Positions 13,662 through 23,978 are shown, numbered from the stretch's first letter. The stretch: 64,000 nt of DNA from Alphaproteobacteria bacterium (GCA_965261735.1 OZ253470.1:4800001-4864000), one strand, 5' to 3'. Notes: generated by a model not told the origin, from the letters alone. Numbers and translations are program-made.

Positions 13662-14054
13662 TCAACGGCCGCCGAGGTCGGCGACGCCCTCGATCTCGAG
13701 CAGCCACTCGGGGCTCGCCAAACCGGCCACGACGACGCCGGTCGACGCCCAATCCGTGTTCTTGAGGTAGCGCTTGCGAACCTTACGGAAGCCTTCGAGG
13801 TGGCGGCCGTCGGTGAGGTAGATGTTGAGCTTCACCAAGTCGCGGAAGCTGCCGCCAGCCTCCTTCAGGATCGCGCCGATGTTCTCGAAGACCTGCTCGG
13901 CCTGGGCGGTGATATCTGCGAGGCCGACGGTCTTGTCCTTCTTGTTCTTGGCCACTTGACCGGAGATGAAGAGGAGCCCGCCGCTCGTCAGTACGCCGTG
14001 GGTGTAGTTGTTGGTGGGGTGAACGGATTTAGGCTTGATCAGACGTTTTGCCAT
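13662..14054 (-). CDS. RidA/YjgF family protein
   Basis: LFISGQVA, QAEQVFENI, LVKLNIY, LLEIEGVA. Confidence 0.9.
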   Translation of the reverse strand: MAKRLIKPKSVHPTNNYTHGVLTSGGLLFISGQVAKNKKDKTVGLADITAQAEQVFENIGAILKEAGGSFRDLVKLNIYLTDGRHLEGFRKVRKRYLKNTDWASTGVVVAGLASPEWLLEIEGVADLGGR

Positions 14055-14138
14055 ATCGGGTTCTCCTGTCGCGGCCGGGCGAGCGTTACTTCTAACACAG
14101 CCGGGCGGGACCTGGCATGGCCGCGGTGACCGGCGCCA

Positions 14139-15254
14139 CTACGGGCCACCGCCGGAAGCGATGGTGCTGTAGCGGTCGAGTGCCACGGTCTTGATGAGCG
14201 CGTAGACCTCGCGGCCGGGCGCCACGCCGAGTTCATCGGCCGAGCGCCGGGTGATGCGCGCCCACAGCATGCAGCCGATGTCGATCAGGACATCCCTTTG
14301 CGGGCCGGTATCGCCCGTTACCTCGCGAACGGTCCCATGAAAGACATTCAGGGTGCTGATTCGGGTTGGCGCCTCGATGGCGATCGCTACGTCGCGGGCG
14401 AAGACGCGAACGCGCTGGCGCGTCCCCACCGGCACATTCAGCCGGGAGACCAACAGCGTGCCCCCGGCGAACGCTAGTTTTGTGAGCTCGTAGGTCGAGT
14501 CGTGGCCCGTCACCGTAACCGGCACCACCGCTCCGGCGTCGACGCCACCGGTCAGCTGGCCGAGATCGGGGCGCGCCATCATTTCCTCGACCGGGCCGAC
14601 GGCGACCGCGCGACCCTCGGCCACCAGCACGACCGTGTCCGCAAGGCGTATGATCTCGTCCGCGTTGTGGCTGACGTAAACGATCGGAATCCCGAGTTCG
14701 TCGCGTAGGCCCTCGATGAAGGGGAGTATTTCCGAACGCCGGGCCACGTCGATCCCGGCGAGCGGCTCGTCCATCAGCAGGAGACGAGGGCTCGTGAGCA
14801 GCGCACGGCCGATGGCCACGCGCTGCTTTTCACCGCCCGACAGATGATGGGGCCGGCGTTCGGTGAGGTGGCCGATGCCGAGGAGCTCGATGACCCGATC
14901 GCGATCGACACGTCGTTCGGCCGCGGGCAGCCGGCGCATGCCGTAGCTCAAATTGGCGCCGACGCTCAGGTGAGGGAAGAGACGGCTTTCCTGGAAGACG
15001 TAGCCGATGCGCCGCCGCTCGGGGCGCAGATCGACGCCGGCATCGGAGTCGAAGAGGATGCGACCGCCGACGGCGATCCGCCCTGCATTGGGTCGGGTCA
15101 GGCCCGCCATCATGTCGACGAGTGTGGTCTTGCCGGCGCCGGACGGGCCGAACAGGGCGGTCACGCCGCCGCGCTCGCTCGTGAAGGAGACTTCGAGGCT
15201 GAAGCCGGGGAACTCATGCCGGACGTCGACCTCGATGACCGTGCTGGGGATCAC
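14139..15254 (-). CDS. modC: Molybdate ABC transporter ATP-binding protein
   Basis: GPSGAGKT, LSGGEKQRVA, LLMDEP, C-terminal TOBE; GTGA overlap with modB. Confidence 0.95.
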   Translation of the reverse strand: MIPSTVIEVDVRHEFPGFSLEVSFTSERGGVTALFGPSGAGKTTLVDMMAGLTRPNAGRIAVGGRILFDSDAGVDLRPERRRIGYVFQESRLFPHLSVGANLSYGMRRLPAAERRVDRDRVIELLGIGHLTERRPHHLSGGEKQRVAIGRALLTSPRLLLMDEPLAGIDVARRSEILPFIEGLRDELGIPIVYVSHNADEIIRLADTVVLVAEGRAVAVGPVEEMMARPDLGQLTGGVDAGAVVPVTVTGHDSTYELTKLAFAGGTLLVSRLNVPVGTRQRVRVFARDVAIAIEAPTRISTLNVFHGTVREVTGDTGPQRDVLIDIGCMLWARITRRSADELGVAPGREVYALIKTVALDRYSTIASGGGP

Positions 15255-15946
15255 GTGGGGCCTCCGAGTCGCTTGGCCACGCGCCGGGCCAGATATTCGG
15301 ATGCGATCAGCGCCGTCAGCGCCAGGGCCAGCGAGATGACGACCAGGCGAAGGGCGCCGGCCTCGCCGCCGACCGTCTGCGTGAGGGAGTACAGGGCCAG
15401 CGGCAAGGTTCGCGTTTCGCCGGGGACGTTGGAGACAAAGGTGATGGTGGCCCCGAATTCCCCGAGCGAGCGAGCGAAGGCGAGCACGGCGCCGGTGAGT
15501 AGGCCGGACGCGATCAGCGGCAGGGTGACGGTCGCAAACGCCTCGAGAGGTCCCGCTCCGAGCGTACGCGCCGCGACCTCCAGGCGGCGGTCGACGCCCT
15601 CGAGCGACAGCCGGATCGCCCGCACCATGAGCGGAAACGCCATGATCGCCGATGCGATCGCGGCCCCCTGCCACGTGAACACGAGGGTGATATCGAACAC
15701 GTCGTGAAGCCATGCGCCGACAAAGCCGCGCCGGCCGAGCAGGAGGAGCAGGACGTAGCCGACGACGACCGGAGGCAGCACCAGCGGCAGGTGGACGAGC
15801 GCGTTGAGCAGGGTCTTGCCGGGAAAGTCGCGCCGCACCAGCAGCCAGGCGACGAGGAGCCCGAGCGGCAGGGTTACCAGGACGCACCAGAACGCAACCC
15901 TCAGCGACAGCAGGAGGGCCCCCAGTTCGGACGGGCTCAGCGCCAT
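15251..15946 (-). CDS. modB: Molybdate ABC transporter permease
   Basis: HLPLVLPPVVVGY, FARSLGEFGAT. Confidence 0.95.
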   Translation of the reverse strand: MALSPSELGALLLSLRVAFWCVLVTLPLGLLVAWLLVRRDFPGKTLLNALVHLPLVLPPVVVGYVLLLLLGRRGFVGAWLHDVFDITLVFTWQGAAIASAIMAFPLMVRAIRLSLEGVDRRLEVAARTLGAGPLEAFATVTLPLIASGLLTGAVLAFARSLGEFGATITFVSNVPGETRTLPLALYSLTQTVGGEAGALRLVVISLALALTALIASEYLARRVAKRLGGPT

Positions 15947-15947
15947 G

Positions 15948-16760
15948 TCAGGACCCGGACGGCGGGCTCGCGGCCAGCGTAAAGCCATGCCGACGAAACA
16001 CCTCGGCGGCCTGCGCCGAGCGCAGGAATTGGGCAAAGCGGCCGGCGAGCGAGCCGCTAGGGCCGGTGACCAGCGCGAAGGGGTAAGAGATCGGCGTGTG
16101 CGAATCGGGCGGGAACTCGGCCACGATCCGCACGCGCGGCTCGATCAGGGCGTCGGTCGCGTAGACGATGCCTGCCGGCGCCTCCCCGCGCGCGATGAGG
16201 AGCAGTGCCGCGCGCACGTCCTGGGTGCCGACGACCCGAGGCGCGACGGCCTCCCACACGCCGAGGCTCTCGAGCGCCTCGCGGGCGTACCTGCCGGCCG
16301 GTACATGGCTCGGATCACCGATGACGAGGCGGCCACCGCCGAGGGCGGCGGCGAGCGGGAACCCGGCTTCGATGGTGAGCGCCAGGGGGCTGTCGCCGGG
16401 CGCGATCAGAACCAGCGTGTTGGAGAGCAGGTCGATCCTGCTCGCGGCCTCGATCCTGCCGCGATCGACCAGATAGTCCATCCAATCCCGGTTCGCCGAC
16501 AGGTAGGCATCGGCGGGCGCACCCTGGGCGATCTGCTTGGCCAGGGTCGAGCTCGATGCGGCCGAAATTCGTATGGCGCCGTGCCCCCCTCGTCGGAAGA
16601 GGTCGCCGATCTCCTCGACCGCGGTGCCAGCGCTCGCCGCGACAAACACCATGGCGGCCCCCTCGGATCCCGCGAGCGACGGGCCGCCGAGCGCCAGCGC
16701 GAAGGTAAAGGCGCCAGCGCGCAGCGCGGCGGTCGCGCTGGCTCGCCTCGTCGCACCCAT
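15948..16760 (-). CDS. modA: Molybdate-binding periplasmic protein
   Basis: Signal peptide, AASSSTLAKQI, HVPAGRYA, GIVYATDA. Confidence 0.95.
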   Translation of the reverse strand: MGATRRASATAALRAGAFTFALALGGPSLAGSEGAAMVFVAASAGTAVEEIGDLFRRGGHGAIRISAASSSTLAKQIAQGAPADAYLSANRDWMDYLVDRGRIEAASRIDLLSNTLVLIAPGDSPLALTIEAGFPLAAALGGGRLVIGDPSHVPAGRYAREALESLGVWEAVAPRVVGTQDVRAALLLIARGEAPAGIVYATDALIEPRVRIVAEFPPDSHTPISYPFALVTGPSGSLAGRFAQFLRSAQAAEVFRRHGFTLAASPPSGS

Positions 16761-16783
16761 TAGCCGGCTCCCCGCCGCTTGCC

Positions 16784-16808
16784 CGTGTACCTCGGCATCT
16801 AAATAGCG
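16784..16808 (-). promoter_or_regulatory. Possible ModE/Mo-box upstream of modA
   Basis: Minus strand CGCTATTTA-GATGCC-GAGGTACACG; one good half-site, one poor. Confidence 0.3.
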
Positions 16809-16947
16809 CGCCGCATCCGATTGGACAGGCCGCCCGGGTCCTCCGGGAAACTGGCGGTCCTGCGCCCGTGATGCATAATGGCTGCCCGCCAAGGGCACTT
16901 GTTTCCCGCGCTGCCCGGGATACATGCCTCAGGGAAGGGAGGGGACC

Positions 16948-17250
16948 ATGCGCTACGTGGTGCGCGACGAGAATGGGAACATCATCACCGTGTTCGCAGA
17001 GCCCCACGACGATGCCGATCCCATCGCATCCGACGATCCCGAGCTCCTCGCCTTCGTGACCGGCGGCGAATCGGAGTCGGCCATGCGCGCCTACCTCGCC
17101 GGCAGCGACGCCGACCTGCTGCGTATCGCCGAGGATCTCGTTTCCGTGCTTATCGACCAGAATCTGATCCTGCTCACCGATTTTCCAGCGGGCGCCCAGC
17201 GCAAGCTGCTCCGTCGCCAGGGCATTCGCCAGAAACTTCAGGCGTTCTAA
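16948..17250 (+). CDS. Small conserved hypothetical protein
   Basis: Strong RBS; YVVRDENGNI..DADLLRIAEDLVSVLIDQNLILLTDFPAGAQRKL. Confidence 0.7.
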   Translation: MRYVVRDENGNIITVFAEPHDDADPIASDDPELLAFVTGGESESAMRAYLAGSDADLLRIAEDLVSVLIDQNLILLTDFPAGAQRKLLRRQGIRQKLQAF

Positions 17251-17289
17251 GGGGCAATACGCACCCGCGCTACCGGGTCGCTCGCGCCG

Positions 17290-17718
17290 CTACCCGGGGT
17301 ACAGCTCCTTCGGGTCAATCTCCACATCGGCGACGATCGCGAACTGGCCGTCGCGCACGGCGCGAAAGAAGCAGGATCGCCGCCCCGTGTGGCAGGCGAC
17401 GCCGGTTTGGTCGACGAGCAGAAGCACCGTATCGCCATCGCAATCGATGCGGAACTCGACGAGCCTTTGATGCTGCCCCGAGGTTTCGCCTTTGCGCCAC
17501 AAGGTGCCGCGCGAACGCGACCAATAGCATACGCGACCCGTGCGTAGCGTCTCGGTCACGGCCTCGCGATTCATCCACGCCGTCATCAGCACTTCGCCGC
17601 TGTCGTGCTGTTGGGCGATCGCGGTAACCAGCCCGCGCTCGTCAAAGACGACGGTATCGAGAACGTTAGCGACGACATCTTCGCCTGGCGCCGTGGATGC
17701 GGTCTTCCCTTTGCTCAT
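17290..17718 (-). CDS. hisI: Phosphoribosyl-AMP cyclohydrolase
   Basis: [30 protein letters not shown]. Confidence 0.96.
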   Translation of the reverse strand: MSKGKTASTAPGEDVVANVLDTVVFDERGLVTAIAQQHDSGEVLMTAWMNREAVTETLRTGRVCYWSRSRGTLWRKGETSGQHQRLVEFRIDCDGDTVLLLVDQTGVACHTGRRSCFFRAVRDGQFAIVADVEIDPKELYPG

Positions 17719-17792
17719 GTGTCACCTTACCGACGAGCGGACTCGCGTGCCCGGCTCGCATCATAGCGCGCGCGCCGGGCGCCGCCAGCGCC

Positions 17793-18959
17793 CTAGTCGG
17801 TCGCGCGAAGGCGGGCGAAGCCCTGATCCAGGTCGACGATGAGGTCGTCCAGGTCCTCGAGCCCGGCGTGGATGCGCAGGCTCGGCCCGGGCGCGTCCCA
17901 GGCTGTCGCCGTCCGACTCGACGCCGGGTCGGTCGGCACCATGAGGCTCTCATAGCCACCCCACGAATATCCCAATCCGAACAGCTCGGACGCGTCGATC
18001 AAGGCCGTGCGCGCCGCCTGCGAGCAGGGTTCGAGAACGACGCCGAACAGCCCGGAGGCACCCGAGAAGTCCCGCTGCCACAGCGTGTGGCCCGGATCAT
18101 CGTCGAGCGCCGGATACATCACCCGGGCGACCTCCGGCCGGTCGATGAGCCATCTCGCCAAGCCGAGCGCGTTGGCGTGATGGCGTTCGAGGCGGACCGA
18201 GAGAGTGCGCAGCCCGCGTTGGGCGAGATAGAGATCGTCAGGCCCCGCGCATAGGCCGAGCGTCTGCGTCGTCTCCTGCAGCGCCGGCCAGCACTCGGTG
18301 GTGGTGGTAACCGTCCCGAGCATCGCGTCCGAGTGGCCAACGATGTATTTGGTCGCCGCCTGGATCGACACGTCGACGCCCTTGGCGAAGGGCTCGAAAT
18401 AGAGCGGCGAGGCCCAGGTGTTGTCCATCATCACGCACGCGCCGCGTTCGTGGACAGCCGCCGCGATGGCTGGGATGTCCTGCACCTCGAAGGTCAGCGA
18501 GCCCGGCGATTCGGTGAACACGACCGTGGTGTTGTCGCGCATGAGCGCGGCGATATCGCTCCCGACCAGGGGGTCGTAGTACGTGGTCTCGACGCCGAGG
18601 CGGGCGAGCATCGTGTCGCAGAATCGCCGGGTCGGGCCATAGACCGCGTCGGCGATGAGCACGTGGTCGCCCACTTTCACGAACGCGAGCAGGGCGGCGG
18701 TGATGGCGGCTAGGCCGGAAGGGTAGGTCGCGCAGGCGTGGCCGCCCTCGAGGGTCGCGACCGCCTCCTCCAGCGTCACCGAGGTCGGCGTGCCGCGGCG
18801 GCCATAGATGACGCCCTCGTCGGGGTTTTCGCGCGCCCGGTGTAGGGCTTCGACCGTGGGGAAGAGCACCGTCGAGGCATGGTAGACCGGCGGGTTGACG
18901 ATGCCGTGCTGGTCGAAGGGGTGGCGGCCGGAAATGACGACGGTCGTGTCTCGTTTCAT
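17793..18959 (-). CDS. metC: Cystathionine beta-lyase
   Basis: VNPPVYHAST, YGRRGTPT, DNTWAS, ATKYIVGHSD, GYSWGGYES. Confidence 0.93.
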   Translation of the reverse strand: MKRDTTVVISGRHPFDQHGIVNPPVYHASTVLFPTVEALHRARENPDEGVIYGRRGTPTSVTLEEAVATLEGGHACATYPSGLAAITAALLAFVKVGDHVLIADAVYGPTRRFCDTMLARLGVETTYYDPLVGSDIAALMRDNTTVVFTESPGSLTFEVQDIPAIAAAVHERGACVMMDNTWASPLYFEPFAKGVDVSIQAATKYIVGHSDAMLGTVTTTTECWPALQETTQTLGLCAGPDDLYLAQRGLRTLSVRLERHHANALGLARWLIDRPEVARVMYPALDDDPGHTLWQRDFSGASGLFGVVLEPCSQAARTALIDASELFGLGYSWGGYESLMVPTDPASSRTATAWDAPGPSLRIHAGLEDLDDLIVDLDQGFARLRATD

Positions 18960-19039
18960 GACGCTACGCTCGACATGGGAGCAGGGGCGGACCGGATCAT
19001 CGCATTCCCGGACCGCTCAAGCCAGGAGGCAGGACTAGG

Positions 19040-19911
19040 GATGTGGCGGATCGGGATCGGGGTCGACGTAGAGACCGTGCGCCGGTTGCGCGGAACGAAG
19101 CCCATGCGTTGGTAGAGGGACAGGGCGCGCGGGTGATCGAAGGTGTTGGTGTAGACGCGCAGCCGCGACGCCGTGACGCCCGAGCCGCAGGTGGTGACGA
19201 CGGCCCGGCCAAGGTCGCCGCGGCGGCCTCGAACGCAGCTCTCAGCGCGGCCTCGTCTCGGAGAAGTCCAGTCTCGGCGTCGATCAGGCGATCGAAGGGC
19301 AAGTTGAGGCTGCCGGGGATATGGCCCGCGCTTATCCCGGGCCTAATTTCCGGTGCGGTGCCCGCGAAGCGCTCGGCCGAGCGCGCGTCGAGTACCTGCT
19401 CGTGCCGGCCGTCGAGATTCGCGCGGATGTCCTCGAGGCCGCGTACCAGCGCCGGATTAAGGCTCGCCTCGAACTCGCGCGGCTCGATAACCGGCGTGCT
19501 GCCTTTGATCGGCCTTCGCTCCGCCCGCCATTTGGGGAGCCCACCGTCGAGCACGGCGACGTTTCCATGGCCAAAGGCGCGAAACGTCCACCAGACCCGC
19601 GCCGCGCTATACAGGCCGCTGCCGTCATAGACCACGACCTGATCGTCGTTTCCGATGCCGAGAGCCGAGACCTCGCGCGCGAACTGCGCGGCGTCGGGGA
19701 GCATGTGCGGGAGCGGATTGGCCGTGTCCTTGATCTCGTCGATATCGAAGAAGCGGGCGCCCGGAATGTGGCCGGCGGCAAACTCCTCGCGCGCGTTGCG
19801 TCCCGAGGCCGGCAGATACCAGGAGCCGTCCAGGACGCGAATGTGGGGATGCGCGAACCGCGACCCTAGCCAGTCGGTTGAAACGACCGTGGTATTGTCA
19901 TACGACATCAA
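19040..19911 (-). pseudogene. sseA: 3-mercaptopyruvate sulfurtransferase, frameshifted near 19220 and fused after the catalytic loop to a GNAT C-terminus
   Basis: GHIPGA, PHMLP, SAARVWW, DARSAERF; shifted frame gives TTCGSGVTA then RLRVYTNTFDHPRALSLYQRMGF; 3' end approximate. Confidence 0.82.
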
Positions 19912-19940
19912 TAAGCTCCCTTATCTCATTGATGTGATGG

Positions 19941-20657
19941 TTAAACAAAAGAAACAGTGACTCTTCGATTGCGCCGCCCCTTGCTCTCGATTTTGCTCAC
20001 GGCGACGGCGCCGATTTCCCCGGTTCGCGCCACATGAGTGCCGCCGCAAGCCTGGAGATCGAGGCCCTCGACGCGCACCAGCCGCACCTCGCCGGCGCCG
20101 GCCGGAGGCTTTACCGATAGGGTCTTAACCAGATCCGGCCGGCGCGCGAGATCCGCCTCGGCGATCAACTCGGCGCTGACCGCGGCGTCGTCGCCCACGA
20201 GCCTATTGAGTTCGGCCGTGATTGCCGCCTTGTCGAGCGCGGCGTCGGCCACGTCCAGGTCGAGGCGACCCTTGCCTTCACCGACCTGGCCGCCGGTGAC
20301 GGGATAGGGGAGCACCGCCGACAGCAGGTGAAGGCAGGTGTGCATGCGCATCAGCCTGTGGCGGCGCGACCAGTCGATCTCGGCCGTGACCGTATCGCCG
20401 GGCGCAAGACCCCGCCACGCGGAGTCCGTGGCGGCGAGATGCACGATCGTGCCGGGCTCCTCGCCCTTGACCGCGCTCTCGATGGCGACGTCGCCGTCGG
20501 CGAAGGTGAGCCGCCCGCTGTCTCCAGGCTGCCCGCCGCCGGTGGGATAGAACACCGTGCGGTCGAGTTCGATACGACCGTCGGCGACCGAGATCAGGCG
20601 GGCCTCGCAACGCTTGGCATAGGCATCGGCCTGGAACACGGCTTCGGTGCGCGCCAC
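19941..20657 (-). CDS. alaX: AlaX alanyl-tRNA editing protein
   Basis: FYPTGGGQPGD, MRMHTCLH, QACGGTH. Confidence 0.92.
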   Translation of the reverse strand: MARTEAVFQADAYAKRCEARLISVADGRIELDRTVFYPTGGGQPGDSGRLTFADGDVAIESAVKGEEPGTIVHLAATDSAWRGLAPGDTVTAEIDWSRRHRLMRMHTCLHLLSAVLPYPVTGGQVGEGKGRLDLDVADAALDKAAITAELNRLVGDDAAVSAELIAEADLARRPDLVKTLSVKPPAGAGEVRLVRVEGLDLQACGGTHVARTGEIGAVAVSKIESKGRRNRRVTVSFV

Positions 20658-20660
20658 GGC

Positions 20661-21665
20661 TCAGTCCTCCAGCCAGTCCGGCGTCGGCAGCCCCTTTTCG
20701 CGCAGGAACGCCGGGTTGAACAGCCTGCTTTGATAGCGGGTCCCGTAGTCGGCGAGGATCGTGACGATGGTGTGACCGGGCCCTAGCTCCCGGGCCATGC
20801 GTACGGCCCCGGCCACATTGATGCCCGTCGATCCGCCCAGGCACAGCCCCTCCTGGCGCAGTAGGTCGAAAATGTAGGGCAGCGCCTCCGTGTCCGGGAT
20901 CTGGAAGGCCGTGTCGACGGGTGCTCCTTGGAGATTCTCGGTAACGCGGCCCTGGCCGATGCCTTCGGTGATGGAGCTGCCCTCCGCCTTGAGCTCGCCG
21001 TGCGTATAGTAGTTGTACAGGGCGGCCCCCATCGGGTCGGCGAGCGCGATCGTCACATCGGGCTTGCGTTCCTTGAGTGCCATTCCGACGCCGGCAAGGG
21101 TCCCGCCGGTGCCGACCGAGGACACGAAAGCATCGATCTTGCCGTCAGTCTGGCGCCAGATTTCGGGGCCGGTGCCCTCGTAGTGGGCGCGCCGGTTGGC
21201 GACGTTGTCGAACTGATTGGCCCAGATCGCCCCATTGGGCTCCGAGCGCGCGAACTCCTCGGCGAGGCGTCCCGAGATCTTCACGTAGTTGTTGTCGTCG
21301 GCATAGGGCACCGCCGGCACCGGCCGCAGATCGGCTCCGCACAGGCGAAGCATGTCCATCTTCTCCTGGCTCTGCGTGTCGGGAATGACGATCACGCTGC
21401 GGTAGCCGCGCGCATTGCCGACGAGTGCGAGGCCAATACCGGTGTTGCCGGCCGTGCCCTCGACGATGACGCCGCCGGGTCGCAGCAGACCGCGCTCCTC
21501 GGCGTCGCGGATGATGTAGAGGGCGGCCCGGTCCTTGACCGAGTTCCCGGGGTTGAGAAACTCGGCCTTGCCGAGAATCTCGCAGCCGGTGGCCTCGGAG
21601 ACCCGATCCAGGCGAACGAGTGGCGTGTTGCCGATCAGGTCGATGAAGCCGTCTGCGAGTTGCAC
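20661..21665 (-). CDS. cysK: Cysteine synthase A family PLP enzyme
   Basis: IGNTPL, NPGNSVKDR, EGTAGNTG, GTGGT, TEGIG; GTG start 21665. Confidence 0.9.
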   Translation of the reverse strand: MQLADGFIDLIGNTPLVRLDRVSEATGCEILGKAEFLNPGNSVKDRAALYIIRDAEERGLLRPGGVIVEGTAGNTGIGLALVGNARGYRSVIVIPDTQSQEKMDMLRLCGADLRPVPAVPYADDNNYVKISGRLAEEFARSEPNGAIWANQFDNVANRRAHYEGTGPEIWRQTDGKIDAFVSSVGTGGTLAGVGMALKERKPDVTIALADPMGAALYNYYTHGELKAEGSSITEGIGQGRVTENLQGAPVDTAFQIPDTEALPYIFDLLRQEGLCLGGSTGINVAGAVRMARELGPGHTIVTILADYGTRYQSRLFNPAFLREKGLPTPDWLED

Positions 21666-21747
21666 GGTGGGGAAGGAGCTGGGGAGGCGAGGGCGGTGCA
21701 ATCTAGCGGTCCGCCGGGGCCCGTTCAAGGGCGAGCAAGCCCGGGAG

Positions 21748-22353
21748 CTAGCGCCAGCGCTGGTGAACGCTATCGTGATTGAGCGCGAGCCACTGCAGGC
21801 CAATGACGGCGGCCGCGGTGTTGATGCGACCGGACGCCACGGCTGCGAACGCCTCCTCGCTCGTCATGACCAGGGCGCGGATGTCCTCGTCCTCGTCGTC
21901 CTTGCCGTGGACGCCGCCCGCCGATTCGGCATCGACGCGGCCGAGGAACAGCGTGACGTATTCCGACGATCCGCCGGGGCTCGCAAAGAATCCGCCGATG
22001 GGTTCGAGCGCTTCGAGCGTGAGGCCAGTCTCCTCCTGGGTCTCCTGTCGCGCCACCTCCGCCGGCGCCTCGTCCGCTCCGACGATGCCCGCGACCAGCT
22101 CGATCGGCCGCAGCGGGCCGCCTCCCGCGTGGGAGGCGATGCGGACCTGTTCGATCAACACCACGCGGTCCCGCGCTGGATCGTAGAGCAGAATGGCCGC
22201 GGCGTGGCCGCGCTCGAACACCTCGCGCACCACCACGCGGCTCCAGCCGCCGTCGTAGAGCCGATGGCGAAATCGATATCGGTCGACGCGGAAGAAGCCC
22301 TTGAACGGCGTCTCGATTTCAAGAATTTCGAGGTCCGCGTCGGCACCGGTCAT
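21748..22353 (-). CDS. nudF: ADP-ribose pyrophosphatase (NUDIX)
   Basis: REVFERGHAAA, ELVAG..ARQETQEETG, SPGGSSE, DEDEDI. Confidence 0.88.
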   Translation of the reverse strand: MTGADADLEILEIETPFKGFFRVDRYRFRHRLYDGGWSRVVVREVFERGHAAAILLYDPARDRVVLIEQVRIASHAGGGPLRPIELVAGIVGADEAPAEVARQETQEETGLTLEALEPIGGFFASPGGSSEYVTLFLGRVDAESAGGVHGKDDEDEDIRALVMTSEEAFAAVASGRINTAAAVIGLQWLALNHDSVHQRWR

Positions 22354-22413
22354 GGCTCTAACGCGGGACAACGGCGCGACGCAAGACGAGCGTCGATGTG
22401 GCGCCCGCCTCGC

Positions 22414-23121
22414 CTAGTAGTAGCGCCAGACGTTGTACTGGTTGTAGTACATGTCGCCGGTGTGGAGCACGGCGAAGCGGACCTCGTCCTGGGTACGCGG
22501 GGTTGTGGCATAGCGCGCCATGGCCGTGGGTCCGAGCGTGCCATGCTCTTCCTCGACGTCCGAGGCGTGTACGGAGAACGACATCAGGCCCTCGTCAGAC
22601 AGGTCGTAGTGCTCGCGCAAGCCCTTTTCCAGCTTGCCGAACACCAGGGGGTTGATGCGCTCGGCCGCGAACGAGACCGACGATATCGACTCGACAAACG
22701 GGCGGTTGCGGATGACGACCTCGAACCAGTGCCGCAGCGCCCAGGACTCGATGCGGATCGGGTCCTGCGCCCGGCGCTCCTCATCCCAGCCGAGCTCGGT
22801 GAGTGAGGTTTCGATCAGCTTCATGTGACCCGCCGTCTGCGAGCTCTCGCCGTGCTCCTCCTCGAGCATGTTCTCGAGGATGCCCTCGCGCAGGTCGTCG
22901 TCGGGGCACTTCGCCCAGAGCACGCCAAACAGCTTGTTCGACGGGTCCGCCCACAGCGAGAACTGATGGAGCCAGCCGGCGATCTGGTCCTTGGTTGCTT
23001 CGCCCTTCTCGACCGCCGCCACGAAAGGATGCTCAAGCCGGTTGCGCACCGGATCGAACAGCCCGTGTTCGAGTTCCTTCAGGAGTTTGTCGTTGCTGGT
23101 CGGCTGTTGTGCGGCAGTCAT
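22414..23121 (-). CDS. Heme-oxygenase-like diiron protein (PqqC/CADD/TenA-like), paralog B
   Basis: HPF N-terminal motif; ENMLEEEHG..GH; ER; HASDVEEEH candidate metal ligands. Confidence 0.78.
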   Translation of the reverse strand: MTAAQQPTSNDKLLKELEHGLFDPVRNRLEHPFVAAVEKGEATKDQIAGWLHQFSLWADPSNKLFGVLWAKCPDDDLREGILENMLEEEHGESSQTAGHMKLIETSLTELGWDEERRAQDPIRIESWALRHWFEVVIRNRPFVESISSVSFAAERINPLVFGKLEKGLREHYDLSDEGLMSFSVHASDVEEEHGTLGPTAMARYATTPRTQDEVRFAVLHTGDMYYNQYNVWRYY

Positions 23122-23156
23122 GGGGTTCTCCGGTTCGCCGCGCCCGAACGGCGCGC

Positions 23157-23885
23157 CTAGTAGTGCTTCCAGACGTCGTACTGGCGGTAATACATCATCG
23201 CGGTGTGGTCGACGACGAAGCGGATTTGCTCCTGGTCGCGGGCCGTCGTCGCGTAGCGCTCGATCGCGATGGGGCCGAGCGTTGCATGCTCCTCCTCGAT
23301 GTGGGAGGCGTGGACGGAGACCGACATCATCGCCTTCTCGCTGAGGTCGTAATGGGCGAGCAGGCCCTTTTCGATCTTGCCGAACACGAAGGTGTTCATG
23401 CGCTCAGCCGTGAACGAGGTCGCGCAGATCGCCTCGACGAACGGGCGCTGGCGCATGATGACCTCGAGCCAGTGCCGGAAGGCCCAGGATTCGTACTGGG
23501 TGATGTCGGTCGCGCGGCGCTCTTCGCTCCAGCCGAGCTCCCGGATCGTGGCGTCGATCAGCCGCATGTGGCCGGCCGTCTCGGAGCTCTTGCCATACTC
23601 CTCTTCGAGCATGTTCTCGAGCAACCCCTCGCGCAGGTCGTCATCCGGGCAGTTCGACCACATGTCGCCGATGAACTTGTTGCACGGGTCGGCCCACAGC
23701 GAGAACTGATTGAGCCACCCAGCGATCTGATCCTTCGTCGCCGTGCCGTTGAGGACCGCGAGTACGAAGGGGTGTTCGAGGCGGTTGCGCCCGGGGCTGT
23801 CGACGATCCCCAAAAGCTCCTCAACGAACGCCTCGGTGCTCAGGGGTTGTGTTTGGGTTTCCTGCCGCTCCGCCGCAACTGACAT
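23157..23885 (-). CDS. Heme-oxygenase-like diiron protein (PqqC/CADD/TenA-like), paralog A
   Basis: HPF; ENMLEEEYG..GH; ER; HASHIEEEH; [10 protein letters not shown] before ATG 23885. Confidence 0.78.
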   Translation of the reverse strand: MSVAAERQETQTQPLSTEAFVEELLGIVDSPGRNRLEHPFVLAVLNGTATKDQIAGWLNQFSLWADPCNKFIGDMWSNCPDDDLREGLLENMLEEEYGKSSETAGHMRLIDATIRELGWSEERRATDITQYESWAFRHWLEVIMRQRPFVEAICATSFTAERMNTFVFGKIEKGLLAHYDLSEKAMMSVSVHASHIEEEHATLGPIAIERYATTARDQEQIRFVVDHTAMMYYRQYDVWKHY

Positions 23886-23978
23886 CGCATCATCCTCCTC
23901 TTGAAGGACCGCCATCCTACGCGCTCGCATCGCCGTAGCCAAGAGGATGGCGCGACGAATCGGCCAGTCAAGTGGCGG

